From NCBI GenBank assembly GCA_965222605.1, contig OZ244960.1:5152001-5216000 (forward strand): a stretch of 64,000 nt of DNA, given 5' to 3'. Source of the stretch: Candidatus Latescibacterota bacterium. GTDB lineage: Bacteria > Latescibacterota > UBA2968. The notes beneath the pieces are model-generated. The model saw only the letters and a list, made by a program, of their open reading frames with translations, was not told where the DNA came from and did not search any database. Of the stretch, positions 19,518 through 28,887 are shown piece by piece. The stretch's first letter is position 1. Every line of letters starts with the position of its first letter. The translations under genes were made by a program, and so were the position numbers.

Positions 19518-20642
19518 ATGAAAATTACGGGATTTGAGACGATTCCCATTCGGGGTCGGGCGATGGTTTTGAAGATGTTTACGGATGAGGGATTGGTGGG
19601 GTATGGCGAGCCGATGAATTACGAGCATTGGCGCGTGGTGGCTCAGGCGGTAGATGATATGGCCGAGTACCTGGTGGGCAAAGATCCGCTGAATATCGAA
19701 GACCACTGGCAGGCGATGTATCGCTCGAGTTATAGCCGGAGTATGCCGGTGTTGGTCGGTGCGCTGAGTGGGATTGAGATGGCGATGTGGGATGTGTTTG
19801 GCAAAATGGTTGGGCTGCCGGTCTGGAAACTGTTGGGTGGAAAAGTTCGCGATCGCATTCGCGTTTACACAGGTACGGGCGGGACAACGCCAGAAGAATG
19901 TGCGGAGAATGCAAGCCAAAAGGTGGCAGAAGGCTTTCGCGCTGTGAAGATGGGGGCTTCGCCGCGTCCTGTGAGATTTGTCGATACGCCAGAGACAATA
20001 GATTTTATGGTTTCGCGCGTTGCTGCGGTGCGCGAAGCTGTGGGCGATACGGTCGATATTGCCGTGGATTTGCATCGGCGGTTGAGTCCGACGATGGCCG
20101 CCATTTTGGTGAAGGAGTTAGAGCCGCTGCGTCCTTTGTTTGCGGAGGAGCCGTGTCATCCGGAAAACAACGAGGCGTTGTTGGCGCTGTCTCGGGGCAC
20201 AACCGTGCCTATTGCCACGGGCGAACGGCATTTGACGCGCTGGGGATTCCGCGAACTCATAGAGCGAGAAATGTGCGCGATTTTGCAACCCGATATTCGC
20301 CATTGCGGGGGCATGTTGGAATTAAAAAAGATCGCGGGGATGGCAGAGATACACAATATGGCGATTGCACCGCACAATGCCGCCGGACCTGTGGGGGTGG
20401 CAGCGTCGGTGCATGTGATGGCAACGATTCCAAATCTGTTGATTTGTGAGGGCGGGCATAACCGCGGTGAAGGTTTGTTTAAGACGCCTCTGATTTTTCG
20501 AGATGGTTTTATTGAATTGCCAACGGAGCCGGGTTTGGGTGTGGATATGGACGATGATGCGCTCGAGGCATTGCGCGATGAATCTTATCGCCTGCGCGGG
20601 ATGTTCTGGCATGAAGATGACGGATCTTTTGCGGATTATTAA
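19518..20642 (+). CDS. dgoD: Galactonate dehydratase-like enolase-superfamily enzyme
   Basis: Motifs TDEGLVGYGE, SGIEMAMWD, LLGGKVRDRIRVY, AVDLH, EEP, ATGER, QPDIRHCGG, APHN, DDGSFADY. Confidence 0.8.
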   Translation: MKITGFETIPIRGRAMVLKMFTDEGLVGYGEPMNYEHWRVVAQAVDDMAEYLVGKDPLNIEDHWQAMYRSSYSRSMPVLVGALSGIEMAMWDVFGKMVGLPVWKLLGGKVRDRIRVYTGTGGTTPEECAENASQKVAEGFRAVKMGASPRPVRFVDTPETIDFMVSRVAAVREAVGDTVDIAVDLHRRLSPTMAAILVKELEPLRPLFAEEPCHPENNEALLALSRGTTVPIATGERHLTRWGFRELIEREMCAILQPDIRHCGGMLELKKIAGMAEIHNMAIAPHNAAGPVGVAASVHVMATIPNLLICEGGHNRGEGLFKTPLIFRDGFIELPTEPGLGVDMDDDALEALRDESYRLRGMFWHEDDGSFADY

Positions 20643-20646
20643 AAAA

Positions 20647-21843
20647 ATGCGTTTGATAAACCTTATGGTTCTATTGCTATTTGCAAGCAGTTATGTGGAG
20701 GCGATAGAGAGAGATGTGTTGGCAGTCCGACGGGAATACAACGATGTGTCCGCTGCCATAGATAGTCTCGTGCGAATGATGCAGGTGGCAGATGCCGAGG
20801 TGTTGAAGAAGCTGCCCGATGCGCGTTCCGAGCGCGTGTTGCCCGAGGGGATGACGGCTGTGATGATTTTTTGGGCGGATGACGAAGCGCGGGTTTGGCT
20901 CAATGATTTTCCCGTGGGCGAGACCCGGTTGACGCCTGTAGAAGTGACCGTGCCAGATTTGTATTTTCAAGGGCAAAATCGCCTGCGCGTGCGGTGTTGG
21001 GATACAGATCGGGTGGAGAGTGGTTTTTTGGGGGGATTATACTTGAAAGATCGCGCGGGTAGGTTGTACCCCATTGTGGTTTCCAATGGGACATGGGAGA
21101 CCACAGGAGGACGAGTGACGGAAATTACTTATGCCCATCCAATGCCGGATATTCCCGGCGCACAACCAATTTGGGGTGTGCGTATGTTTGGGTTTGTAGA
21201 TATGGCTATCACATTTGATCGGGGTACAATTGAACGCGCGCTTGCAAAAAGCGCATCCGCAATATCAATGGCTGCGCGGCAACAGGCGATGGATTATCAT
21301 ACCTTTGCCCAACAGATTGCTGTTTTGCAGGCTCGACGAGAAAAATTAAGAGCAGACTTAGCGCGTCAGGGCGATCTCAATGTGCCGCGTTACAATCGGG
21401 AACGCGCCCGTTCTACATCGCTGACACTGGGAAAAGCCGCGCCTTTGACCGAAAAGGTGTCGGCACCGGTGGCAAAAAATGTGCGGTCCTGGTCGGAGAA
21501 GTTACCGGCGGTGCAGCAGCAGTTGATTTATCCAGATCGCCGCGCGTTAAAAGGAGAAGGTGCCGCAACTGCGACCACGGGTGATGTGGTTCCCACTGCG
21601 AGTGACCGCGGCAGCCGAGAGCAGGCGTATCGCCCTCCTGAAGAACGCGGTGGGATGAAAAATAAAATGAAGGATAAGGGGGCCAATGCCCAGGTGCAGC
21701 CGCAGGGGATGAGACGCGGTGGTGCGGGTGGGCAGTCAAATCAGGCCACGCGATTGGGATTGTTGTTGCCAACGCTGCTATTGGGAATTTATGTGTTATA
21801 TGTGGCCATACGCTGGCAATCGTTAATGGGAGAAAGTGATTGA
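20647..21843 (+). CDS. Hypothetical exported protein: signal peptide, galactose-binding/lectin-like beta-sandwich, coiled coil and C-terminal TM anchor
   Basis: Start MRLINLMVLLLFASSYVEA. WADDEARVWLN...GQNRLRV...SGFLGGLYL...IVVSNGTW resembles jelly-roll sugar-binding modules. C-terminal LGLLLPTLLLGIYVLYVAIRW. Confidence 0.7.
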   Translation: MRLINLMVLLLFASSYVEAIERDVLAVRREYNDVSAAIDSLVRMMQVADAEVLKKLPDARSERVLPEGMTAVMIFWADDEARVWLNDFPVGETRLTPVEVTVPDLYFQGQNRLRVRCWDTDRVESGFLGGLYLKDRAGRLYPIVVSNGTWETTGGRVTEITYAHPMPDIPGAQPIWGVRMFGFVDMAITFDRGTIERALAKSASAISMAARQQAMDYHTFAQQIAVLQARREKLRADLARQGDLNVPRYNRERARSTSLTLGKAAPLTEKVSAPVAKNVRSWSEKLPAVQQQLIYPDRRALKGEGAATATTGDVVPTASDRGSREQAYRPPEERGGMKNKMKDKGANAQVQPQGMRRGGAGGQSNQATRLGLLLPTLLLGIYVLYVAIRWQSLMGESD

Positions 21844-22601
21844 TGTACGGATTACACTGGTCTGAATCGTTGTCGTTGGTTCTTTTTTGGGTGGTGTGTG
21901 CTATAGCAGGTGCATTGATTTTAATGCAACGCTTAAGTGTTATTTGTCGTTACGAAAAACAATTTGGCCTGCTCGAGTCCAATTGGCTTGGTGCGATAAT
22001 AGGTGGATTGGGCGGTGCTGGCATGGCGGGTATTGGCATTTATTTTTATTTTTTTGCACCAGCAGCTTCGGGTTGGGTTGAGTGGACAGGGCGTTCGGCT
22101 TATGTGCTCGTTTTGGGCAGTTCGGCAGCGCATCTGGTCACGTTTATTCATTTTTGGCGGCGATTGGGTGCAGAAGGTGCGGAAACAGGTAATTTGACCG
22201 CATTGCGCCAGGAGCAGGTGGATAAATTTCGCCAGAGCCGCGAGAATTATGCGGACTTAAAAGCGCGCGATGACGAGGCCGTAGATGAGTTACTCGCTGT
22301 GTTTGGCGAGCGGTTGTTGTCCGGGCAGCGCGCTTTGATTCGCGTTCCATTTTATGGGTATTTGGGTACTGTGTGCGGTATTTTGCTGATGGCCGAAGAA
22401 CTGACCCGACTGGATGAAGCGACCGAGACATTTAAGGTGTTGCGCGATATGGCAGGTGGATTGGTGCTGGCATTTCAGACAACACTCGTCGCCCTGCTGG
22501 CCTATCTGCCGCTTCGAAAGGGCTATGATATGTTGCTGAATCGCATGTCTGATCTGGAACGCAAATGGTTGGATATGCGCGAAGGGGAGAAAAGAGGGTG
22601 A
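21840..22601 (+). CDS. MotA/TolQ/ExbB proton-channel family protein with extra N-terminal TM helices
   Basis: PFYGYLGTVCGI and GGLVLAFQTTLVAL match the two conserved MotA_ExbB helices; start overlaps the previous stop. Confidence 0.8.
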   Translation: MMYGLHWSESLSLVLFWVVCAIAGALILMQRLSVICRYEKQFGLLESNWLGAIIGGLGGAGMAGIGIYFYFFAPAASGWVEWTGRSAYVLVLGSSAAHLVTFIHFWRRLGAEGAETGNLTALRQEQVDKFRQSRENYADLKARDDEAVDELLAVFGERLLSGQRALIRVPFYGYLGTVCGILLMAEELTRLDEATETFKVLRDMAGGLVLAFQTTLVALLAYLPLRKGYDMLLNRMSDLERKWLDMREGEKRG

Positions 22602-23020
22602 GGCGACGTTTCTTACAGCGCGCAGTATCCGAAGCCGAAGCGCACGACGTGAGCAAAGAGTTATTCCTGGGCATTATGATGTTGATGCTGTGCCTGGGGA
22701 TTATGATTTTGAATGTGTCGCAGCCCGTGTGGCGCGTTTACCACCACGATCCCGAACCAGGAGATGTGGTGATTTTATATACTTCCAGAGGTCTGGCGTT
22801 TTCAGAAGATGGGCGATCTGCAAAGCGCAGTTTGGGATCGGGCGAGTTTCGCAAAACAGTAAATGATCTGGTTGCAGAACCCGACCGGAATTTGCATCTG
22901 TTTCTGAAGGGTGGCAGCCGAGAGCGTATGGTTAATGACGCGGCTTATGCAGATTCTCTTTTGTCTGTTGGCACAGCGGGCCAAAAGGTGCGTCCCGCCG
23001 TATTTGTGCATCTGTGGTAA
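22598..23020 (+). CDS. ExbD/TolR-like single-pass membrane protein (divergent)
   Basis: GTGA overlap with the ExbB-like gene. Basic N-terminus RRRF, one TM (ELFLGIMMLMLCLGIMILNV) and a ~100-aa alpha/beta C-domain. Confidence 0.55.
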   Translation: MRRRFLQRAVSEAEAHDVSKELFLGIMMLMLCLGIMILNVSQPVWRVYHHDPEPGDVVILYTSRGLAFSEDGRSAKRSLGSGEFRKTVNDLVAEPDRNLHLFLKGGSRERMVNDAAYADSLLSVGTAGQKVRPAVFVHLW

Positions 23021-23047
23021 ATCGTAAAATTTCAATATTCCTAAATC

Positions 23048-23077
23048 AAAAACCCGGTGATCTCACCGGATTTTTTT
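23048..23077. terminator. Bidirectional intrinsic terminator
   Basis: AAAAAC-CCGGTGA-TC-TCACCGG-ATTTTTTT between convergent units. Confidence 0.75.
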
Positions 23078-23628
23078 ATTTTCTTCCTCTCGTACCTCTT
23101 TGTACTTCTGCATAAAGTATTCAAAAGAGGTATTCTTACTCGACGCCGTTTCTCGATCAAATAACTTCATAATCTCTTGCATAAAATCTATTCTTGAGTC
23201 GAATCTCTCTGACATCATAAGGTCAAACTGTTCTTTTGAAATACGGTCTGTATTGTTGTAGCTTCGTCGTATTTTGATTTGACGGCGAGAATCATCATTT
23301 AGCCCTGCGAGATACCAGCTTTCTATTTCTCGACATATGACACGACCAAAATTCGATCCTCTGATAGCTTCTTAAACTGGGATTTAATCTGCTCTTTCCT
23401 GGCTGTCACACAGGGGGAATCGTCCATGTCCGCAATAAAAATGTAATCGGCATGCGGTATAGAATTGATACCATTTAGGAAACCATTTATCTTTTTTAAT
23501 TTTTGCTGACTATACTCCCAATGCTGAACATAATCATAAATATGTTCATATATGGGTCTGATTAAGCGATCAAAGAATCGCTCATCGTCGGGTCCTTCCA
23601 GAAGAATAAAGAGCCTTCGGTAAGCCAA
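23063..23628 (-). pseudogene. TOPRIM-like (DUF4276/DUF4435-type) partner of the AAA ATPase, frameshifted
   Basis: TTG 23628 gives LLEGPDDERFF...IADMDDSPC...RILVV, then a frameshift at about 23335. The other frame continues CREIESWYLAG...SKNTSFEYFMQKY to TGA 23063. Confidence 0.8.
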
Positions 23629-23629
23629 T

Positions 23630-24898
23630 CTATACCCCCAATAGATTCTGAACAAATAAATCGTCAATGCCCATTTCATTTTCCAAGAAAATCTTGATTT
23701 CATCACTATCTGCTGGCTTTGTTATCTTGGAAAATCCTTCATCATATCTCGCTATGAATAGGATACTTTCTAAATCTGCCTGTTTAACCATTTCTGGATT
23801 ATGAGTTGTTGCCAGTATCTGTCTATTTTTTGCTGCCTCTCTGAACATATCCATCACTCTTGAGATTAAGTAAGGATGGACATTTCTTTCGGGTTCTTCT
23901 ATAATAACTGCCTGTTTCTGTTGGAAGTAGAGCGCGATGATTAAAGCTATAATATTGACGGTGCCATCAGAAATCAAAGAGGCTGGTAGCCCTTCCTTTT
24001 CAGCATACTTTTCATGTAGCCTGAAGAATATGGATTTGTCCACTACCTTTTCCACATTTATATCGTGAATGAATGGCAGGATATCCCGAAATAAATTGAG
24101 AAATCTTCGTCTATCTTCTTTCTCCCCCATAATATTGTTAAGCACTATGGCGAGATTGCTACCATCCGTCGCCAATTCTGACAGACCTGTAATGGGTACA
24201 GGTTTCTTAGATAATTTGGGATCAAAGTCATAGATACCGATATTTCTAAATCCATCCAAAGCCGATTGTAGGTACACACCAACAACTGGTGACTCTATCA
24301 AGAGTGTTTTTTCATTATACGAAGGCGTTTCCCTGAAAATTGGCATACCGTCCAAGAATGAAGGTATATCTATATCGGGATTATTTGAGGCTATCCTTAG
24401 TGTGCCATCAAGATTGGAAAATTTGATGCTAAATTTTCTGGAATCAGGCATTGGTTCTGACTTCACACCCGGAATTTCGAGTTTTTCTTCATACTCAATG
24501 GAACAGATCACTGTTATTTTGTCTTGATCAATAGTGTATCCAATTTTTCTTGTATGAAATTTTAAAGAAAATTTATAGTCTATTTTATAAATTTTAAATG
24601 AGCGAGATTCTCGATGGCGTCCAGGCCAAAAACCCTCGGATTCACCCTGCATAACTACGCGAAACGAAAAGGGTTGGGACTGTGCGATCTTTATATTTCG
24701 TAGATACTCTACCCCGCCCTGAAGCGAAATTGCATTTTCCAATCCGTGATTAACAATATCTCTCAAAAATTGAAAGGCTTGAACGAGATTAGATTTTCCC
24801 GAGGCATTCGCTCCAACCAGTAAGTTGAAGTCGTTCAAGTGAATAGATAGGTTATCGAAACTCTTAAAGTTTGATATTTCAATTTTTGTAATTTTCAT
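23630..24898 (-). CDS. AAA_15/AAA_21 ABC-type ATPase (defence-associated)
   Basis: Motifs ISNFKSF, Walker A GANASGKS, signature ISDGT, Walker B IIEEPE, TTHNP; AT-rich. Confidence 0.9.
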   Translation of the reverse strand: MKITKIEISNFKSFDNLSIHLNDFNLLVGANASGKSNLVQAFQFLRDIVNHGLENAISLQGGVEYLRNIKIAQSQPFSFRVVMQGESEGFWPGRHRESRSFKIYKIDYKFSLKFHTRKIGYTIDQDKITVICSIEYEEKLEIPGVKSEPMPDSRKFSIKFSNLDGTLRIASNNPDIDIPSFLDGMPIFRETPSYNEKTLLIESPVVGVYLQSALDGFRNIGIYDFDPKLSKKPVPITGLSELATDGSNLAIVLNNIMGEKEDRRRFLNLFRDILPFIHDINVEKVVDKSIFFRLHEKYAEKEGLPASLISDGTVNIIALIIALYFQQKQAVIIEEPERNVHPYLISRVMDMFREAAKNRQILATTHNPEMVKQADLESILFIARYDEGFSKITKPADSDEIKIFLENEMGIDDLFVQNLLGV

Positions 24899-24991
24899 AT
24901 TCGCAGCCTTGGAAGAATAGGCTTAATCTCTTTTACCGCACGGCCTTGTCCCTATCCCTAAAAAAGATTCCCACAGCGATATTTCGTTGGC

Positions 24992-25762
24992 CTATTGAAC
25001 ACAGCTTTTGAGGGTGCGGGCGAATAAGTCGAGAACCGCATCCCATGATTTTTCGGCGGCGTCTTCGTTGTAGTGCGTTAAACGCTGGGGAAAGAAATAT
25101 CCGTGCAATGCGCCGTGCATAAAATCAATGCGATGTGGGACGTCACAGCGGGTGAGTTCGGTTTTGTAGAGTTGTAAGTGTTCTTCGGTCGCGCCAGCAT
25201 CCTGGTCTGCCCAGCCAAAGTAGCCTTCGGCTTTGAGTTTTGGAATGGCGAGGTGGGGCGAGTCTGAGGCATCGGTGACGAGTTTGCCCCCGTGAATGGA
25301 GGCAAAGGCGAAAACCTGGTCAGGATACGCCGCTGCTGCAAAGAGGGCGTGGCGACCGCCCATGCATGTGCCGATAGAGCCGACCCGTTGGGCATCGGCT
25401 TGAGGGTCTTCTTTGTCGAGGTGACGAAGCAGTGCGCCCGTGTCGCTGGTGACCATGGCATTGGTGGTGCTGGTATTGAGATTCATCGGGTGCAGGGGAT
25501 CTGTGTTTTCGAGATCGAGATCGCCGCTCATGAATTTTTCGGGGGCGTAGGACGGATCGCCCATGCGGTAAAATAGGGAAGGGAGTACGGTGTAATAACC
25601 CGCGCGAGCAAAACGACGGCACATGTTTTTCAGTTCGTCGCGAATGCCAAATATGTCAAAGTAGAAGATGACAGCGGGATGCGGTTCTTCGCCTTCTGGA
25701 TGAAAGACATAGGTGGGCATTGTTCCGTCTGAAGTCGCAACTTCAATGGTTTTTTCGATCAT
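24992..25762 (-). CDS. Dienelactone hydrolase family protein
   Basis: Motifs DIFGIRDEL, GTCMGG nucleophile, SIHGG, HGY. Confidence 0.9.
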   Translation of the reverse strand: MIEKTIEVATSDGTMPTYVFHPEGEEPHPAVIFYFDIFGIRDELKNMCRRFARAGYYTVLPSLFYRMGDPSYAPEKFMSGDLDLENTDPLHPMNLNTSTTNAMVTSDTGALLRHLDKEDPQADAQRVGSIGTCMGGRHALFAAAAYPDQVFAFASIHGGKLVTDASDSPHLAIPKLKAEGYFGWADQDAGATEEHLQLYKTELTRCDVPHRIDFMHGALHGYFFPQRLTHYNEDAAEKSWDAVLDLFARTLKSCVQ

Positions 25763-25851
25763 TGATTTGCCCTTTTAAGAAAATTACTGTATAGCAAAAA
25801 CTTACAACGTTTATTTTTTTAATGTTCTTGCCCCATCAGGCGTAGTTACTT

Positions 25852-26005
25852 ACTGACGTTACGCATAGGCACACTATAATGCGCCTGTCATTCTAAGCGG
25901 AGCGTAGCGGAGTCGAAGAATCTATTACTTCAGGGGTAAAAGATGCTTCGTCAGCCTATCGGCTTCCTCAGCATGACAGAAACGCGAGACATGCGTAACA
26001 TCAGT
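25852..26005. mobile_element. 154-bp MITE with 15-bp TIRs, 5-bp target duplication (TACTT) and an internal REP-like palindrome
   Basis: TIRs ACTGACGTTACGCAT (25852-25866) and ATGCGTAACATCAGT (25991-26005), 14/15 complementary. TACTT at 25847-25851 and 26006-26010. Internal CTGTCATTCT...GAAGAATCT / AGATGCTTCG...GCATGACAG at 25885-25979. Confidence 0.8.
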
Positions 26006-26135
26006 TACTTAGAAAATCAGAGCTATTTCCTATGTGCGAGATGGTCTTGCGAGCATATTCAAGACATAAAATAAAAGTTTGACCCATATTTTGAAAGAGT
26101 AATCTTGCCCTTTTTCAAATTCCAATCTGTCAAAC

Positions 26136-26170
26136 AACAGCCGGATTCTCTAAGTGAGAACCCGGCTGTT
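26136..26170 (-). terminator. Intrinsic terminator after the large secreted protein
   Basis: AACAGCCGGATTCTC-TAAGT-GAGAACCCGGCTGTT. Confidence 0.75.
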
Positions 26171-26197
26171 TTGTCGGTGAAGAAAACCTGAATCTGA

Positions 26198-28839
26198 TTA
26201 CTTCAAGATCAACATCTTGCGCGTGTTCGTAAATTCACCTGCGGTGATCTGGTAAAAATAAACTCCACTGGACACCAAACGCCCAAAGTCGTCCCTGCTG
26301 TTCCACACCACGCGGTAGCGGCCTGCGGGTTTGAACGCATTGACAAGCGTGCGAATCTCCTGACCCAACACATTGTATATCACAAGTTTGACCTGTTCAC
26401 TTTGAGGTAGGGAATAGGAGATAATTGTTTCCGGATTGAAGGGATTTGGCGCGTTCTGAGATAACGAAAATACCAAGGGCGTATCTTCTGTTTTCAAAAC
26501 AGTGGGTTTTGAGCTACTCGTGCCACCACTGGACACAGACGTATATTCCGCAGTGCCACCATATCTGCCCATGTTGATTGTTGAACTATCAGCCTCTGTC
26601 ATGGTTGGATCACCCGCATTGATTAAAGGTGAGCTTGTCTGAAGGTGATAATCGTAGTTCAGGCTGTCGGTATGCGCGACAAATTTTGGATCAACAGAAA
26701 CATTGCCTATATTCCCACTGGTGGTTGGCATGGCGGTATATACACCCTGAAAATCAGCCCTGATGCCGGTGCTCCAAACACATCACAATATTGAAGTGTT
26801 AAGGTTGGAGAGCTAAGGTGTGTCCCCGCTGTGTAAATACCTACAGTATTAAAAGCGACAATGGTGTTTTTAAACTTTAGGGAGAGCGTGTCTCCGTCCG
26901 CAGCGGTAAATCCTATCCCCTGTAAATTATCTGCAATAGTGGCATTACGCATTTCTACATACCCCGGCCCATACAGAGTCGCGCTTATACCCTTTCGATT
27001 GTAATACAGACCAATATTTGTCAGTGCTAATCGAGCTACGCTAACTCCTTCGTGTACTTTCATCCCAAAGTGGTTTGCAGACAAATCTGTTTCAGAAATG
27101 GTTGTTTTGCCTCGATAAGAAGTCACTTCGACACCGACTTCGGCATCGCTAATGACACAATTTTGGAGGGTCAATGTACCGCCCTCGTTGCGAATGCCAC
27201 CCCAATCGTCTTTGCTGGGGTTATAAAGGATGGGATCGTAGTCGGTTATTTCTCCGGTTTCTTCGTCCTTAATCTTAATTGCGCCCTCCCAACCCTCTCC
27301 GCTGGGATCAGTGCCATCAGCCCTGAATGATGACCGAAAAATAATGGGATTCTGGATATTGCCGCTTGCATTCAAAGTGCCACCATTTTGAATAACTATT
27401 TCAGACCTAATTGTGTCCAAACCCGACTCGTAAATATCCGTATCCGGGCGAAAGTTAATCACCGTCCCTTCTTTGATGGTCAAGGTCACACCATTTGGGA
27501 TAATTACATCGCCAATGAGATAAATCTCGCCACTCCAGGTTGTGGTTTTTGGCACAGTGTGTCCAGTTAAGGGTGTGCCAGTTGCAGATAGTATATTGGC
27601 AATGAACTCACGCTCCCACTTATTGTGCTTATTCGTCGTAGCATTATACCCCCAATCCCCTTCATGCCCTGTTTCCCATAAACGTGCGGGATATTTCTGC
27701 CCATCCTCCCAGGGAATGGGATCCGTGGGAGGATCACCAGACTTGTCCAAGGTGAAGTGTAAATTTTCAATCACTTCACCCTCCCTGTCAGGGTGAGGAA
27801 TCGTTGCACGATAAAACGACTGATAATATCCAACGGGATAATTGCCACCAAAATGCGATGATCCTTCTTCACTCAATGCTTTGAAATGTCTCGCCAATGT
27901 TCGAAAATCGTTCCAGTAAAGATGGTACACATTTCGATATGGTATGCTGCCAGCGATGTGGTATTGGATGACGACTGGTTTTCCATTTGTAAGGCCTTTG
28001 AGATCTTTAATATGCCCTGCACTTCCCCAAATATGGAGATCCGCAAGATTTGGGACCCAGATGTTATCTCCAGTTGTTGGGTGCTGGGTCGTAGAGATTG
28101 TTTGTGTCTCCACTCCCATTGTGGCGACATCTATCGGATAATCGCCTGATGTCAAAGCATTCCAATCGCACCCAAACTCCTCATAAGTCGGATTGCCGTC
28201 TCCTTTTGCACTAAAAACCCAGAGTTTTGGATATGAACCGACGATATCCAATGAATCGCATACTTCACGGATCGTGCGCTGATAATTTTTCAGGATTAAT
28301 GTCATTGTATCTGTCAAGGCATTAACCCGCTTTGTTTTAGAAGCCGCCAGATCATTGGGATCATCGGGGTACCTGTGTTTATAATACTCTTCGTTATATT
28401 CGAGATTAAAATGGAAGGCAGATATATCAAGGCTGTGCGTACCGAGCCAATTTGCCAACGAGTCTCGAAATGCGGACAGTGCAATGTCCATTGTATCGCC
28501 AGGCCAGGGTGCTATTCCACCCTCAGGCGGAGGTCGATCATCTGGAACGACAGTACCCCCTAATCCAATCATCAGTTTAAGATTGAGAGTGTTTCTAACA
28601 TATTTCATGTCAGATGCTGGTTCAGCACTCGATATACGGATCACCTCAAATCCAGTCTGCGATGCGGTGCGATTTTTTGCCCATTGATTTCCAAGAAAAA
28701 AGATACGATCACCCGGACCGATCTCTGTCACCGCTTCAACAGAAGAAATAGCATTTATCCCAAGAACTACACTAACTATAAGTACTCTGCACAAAAGATG
28801 AAACATCTCCAAAATAGGTTTCGGCCTGTTACAACGCAT
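26198..28839 (-). pseudogene. Large secreted protein (unknown N-domain, parallel beta-helix, C-terminal FlgD-Ig), split by one frameshift
   Basis: ATG 28839 with AGGAG RBS and a signal-like N-terminus. TTWSGEIYLIGDVIIPNGVTLTIKEGT...PIIFRS...DWGGI is a beta-helix entry. Frame change at about 26757-26780 (YCDVF|ADFQGVY...VDPKF...DYHLQTSSPLINAGDP). C-terminal LSQNAPNPFNPET...RKMLILK. Confidence 0.8.
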
Positions 28840-28887
28840 TCTGTTCTCCTTCTTAAGTTTTAATGATTGTTCTTTCAATGCCTTTTT

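Noticed and set aside
21840-23020. Zorya (ZorAB) or flagellar MotAB
   Set aside because: No long ZorA tail, no OmpA-like domain in the second protein, no zorC/D/E or flagellar genes. The adjacent ATPase pair is convergent and compositionally distinct.
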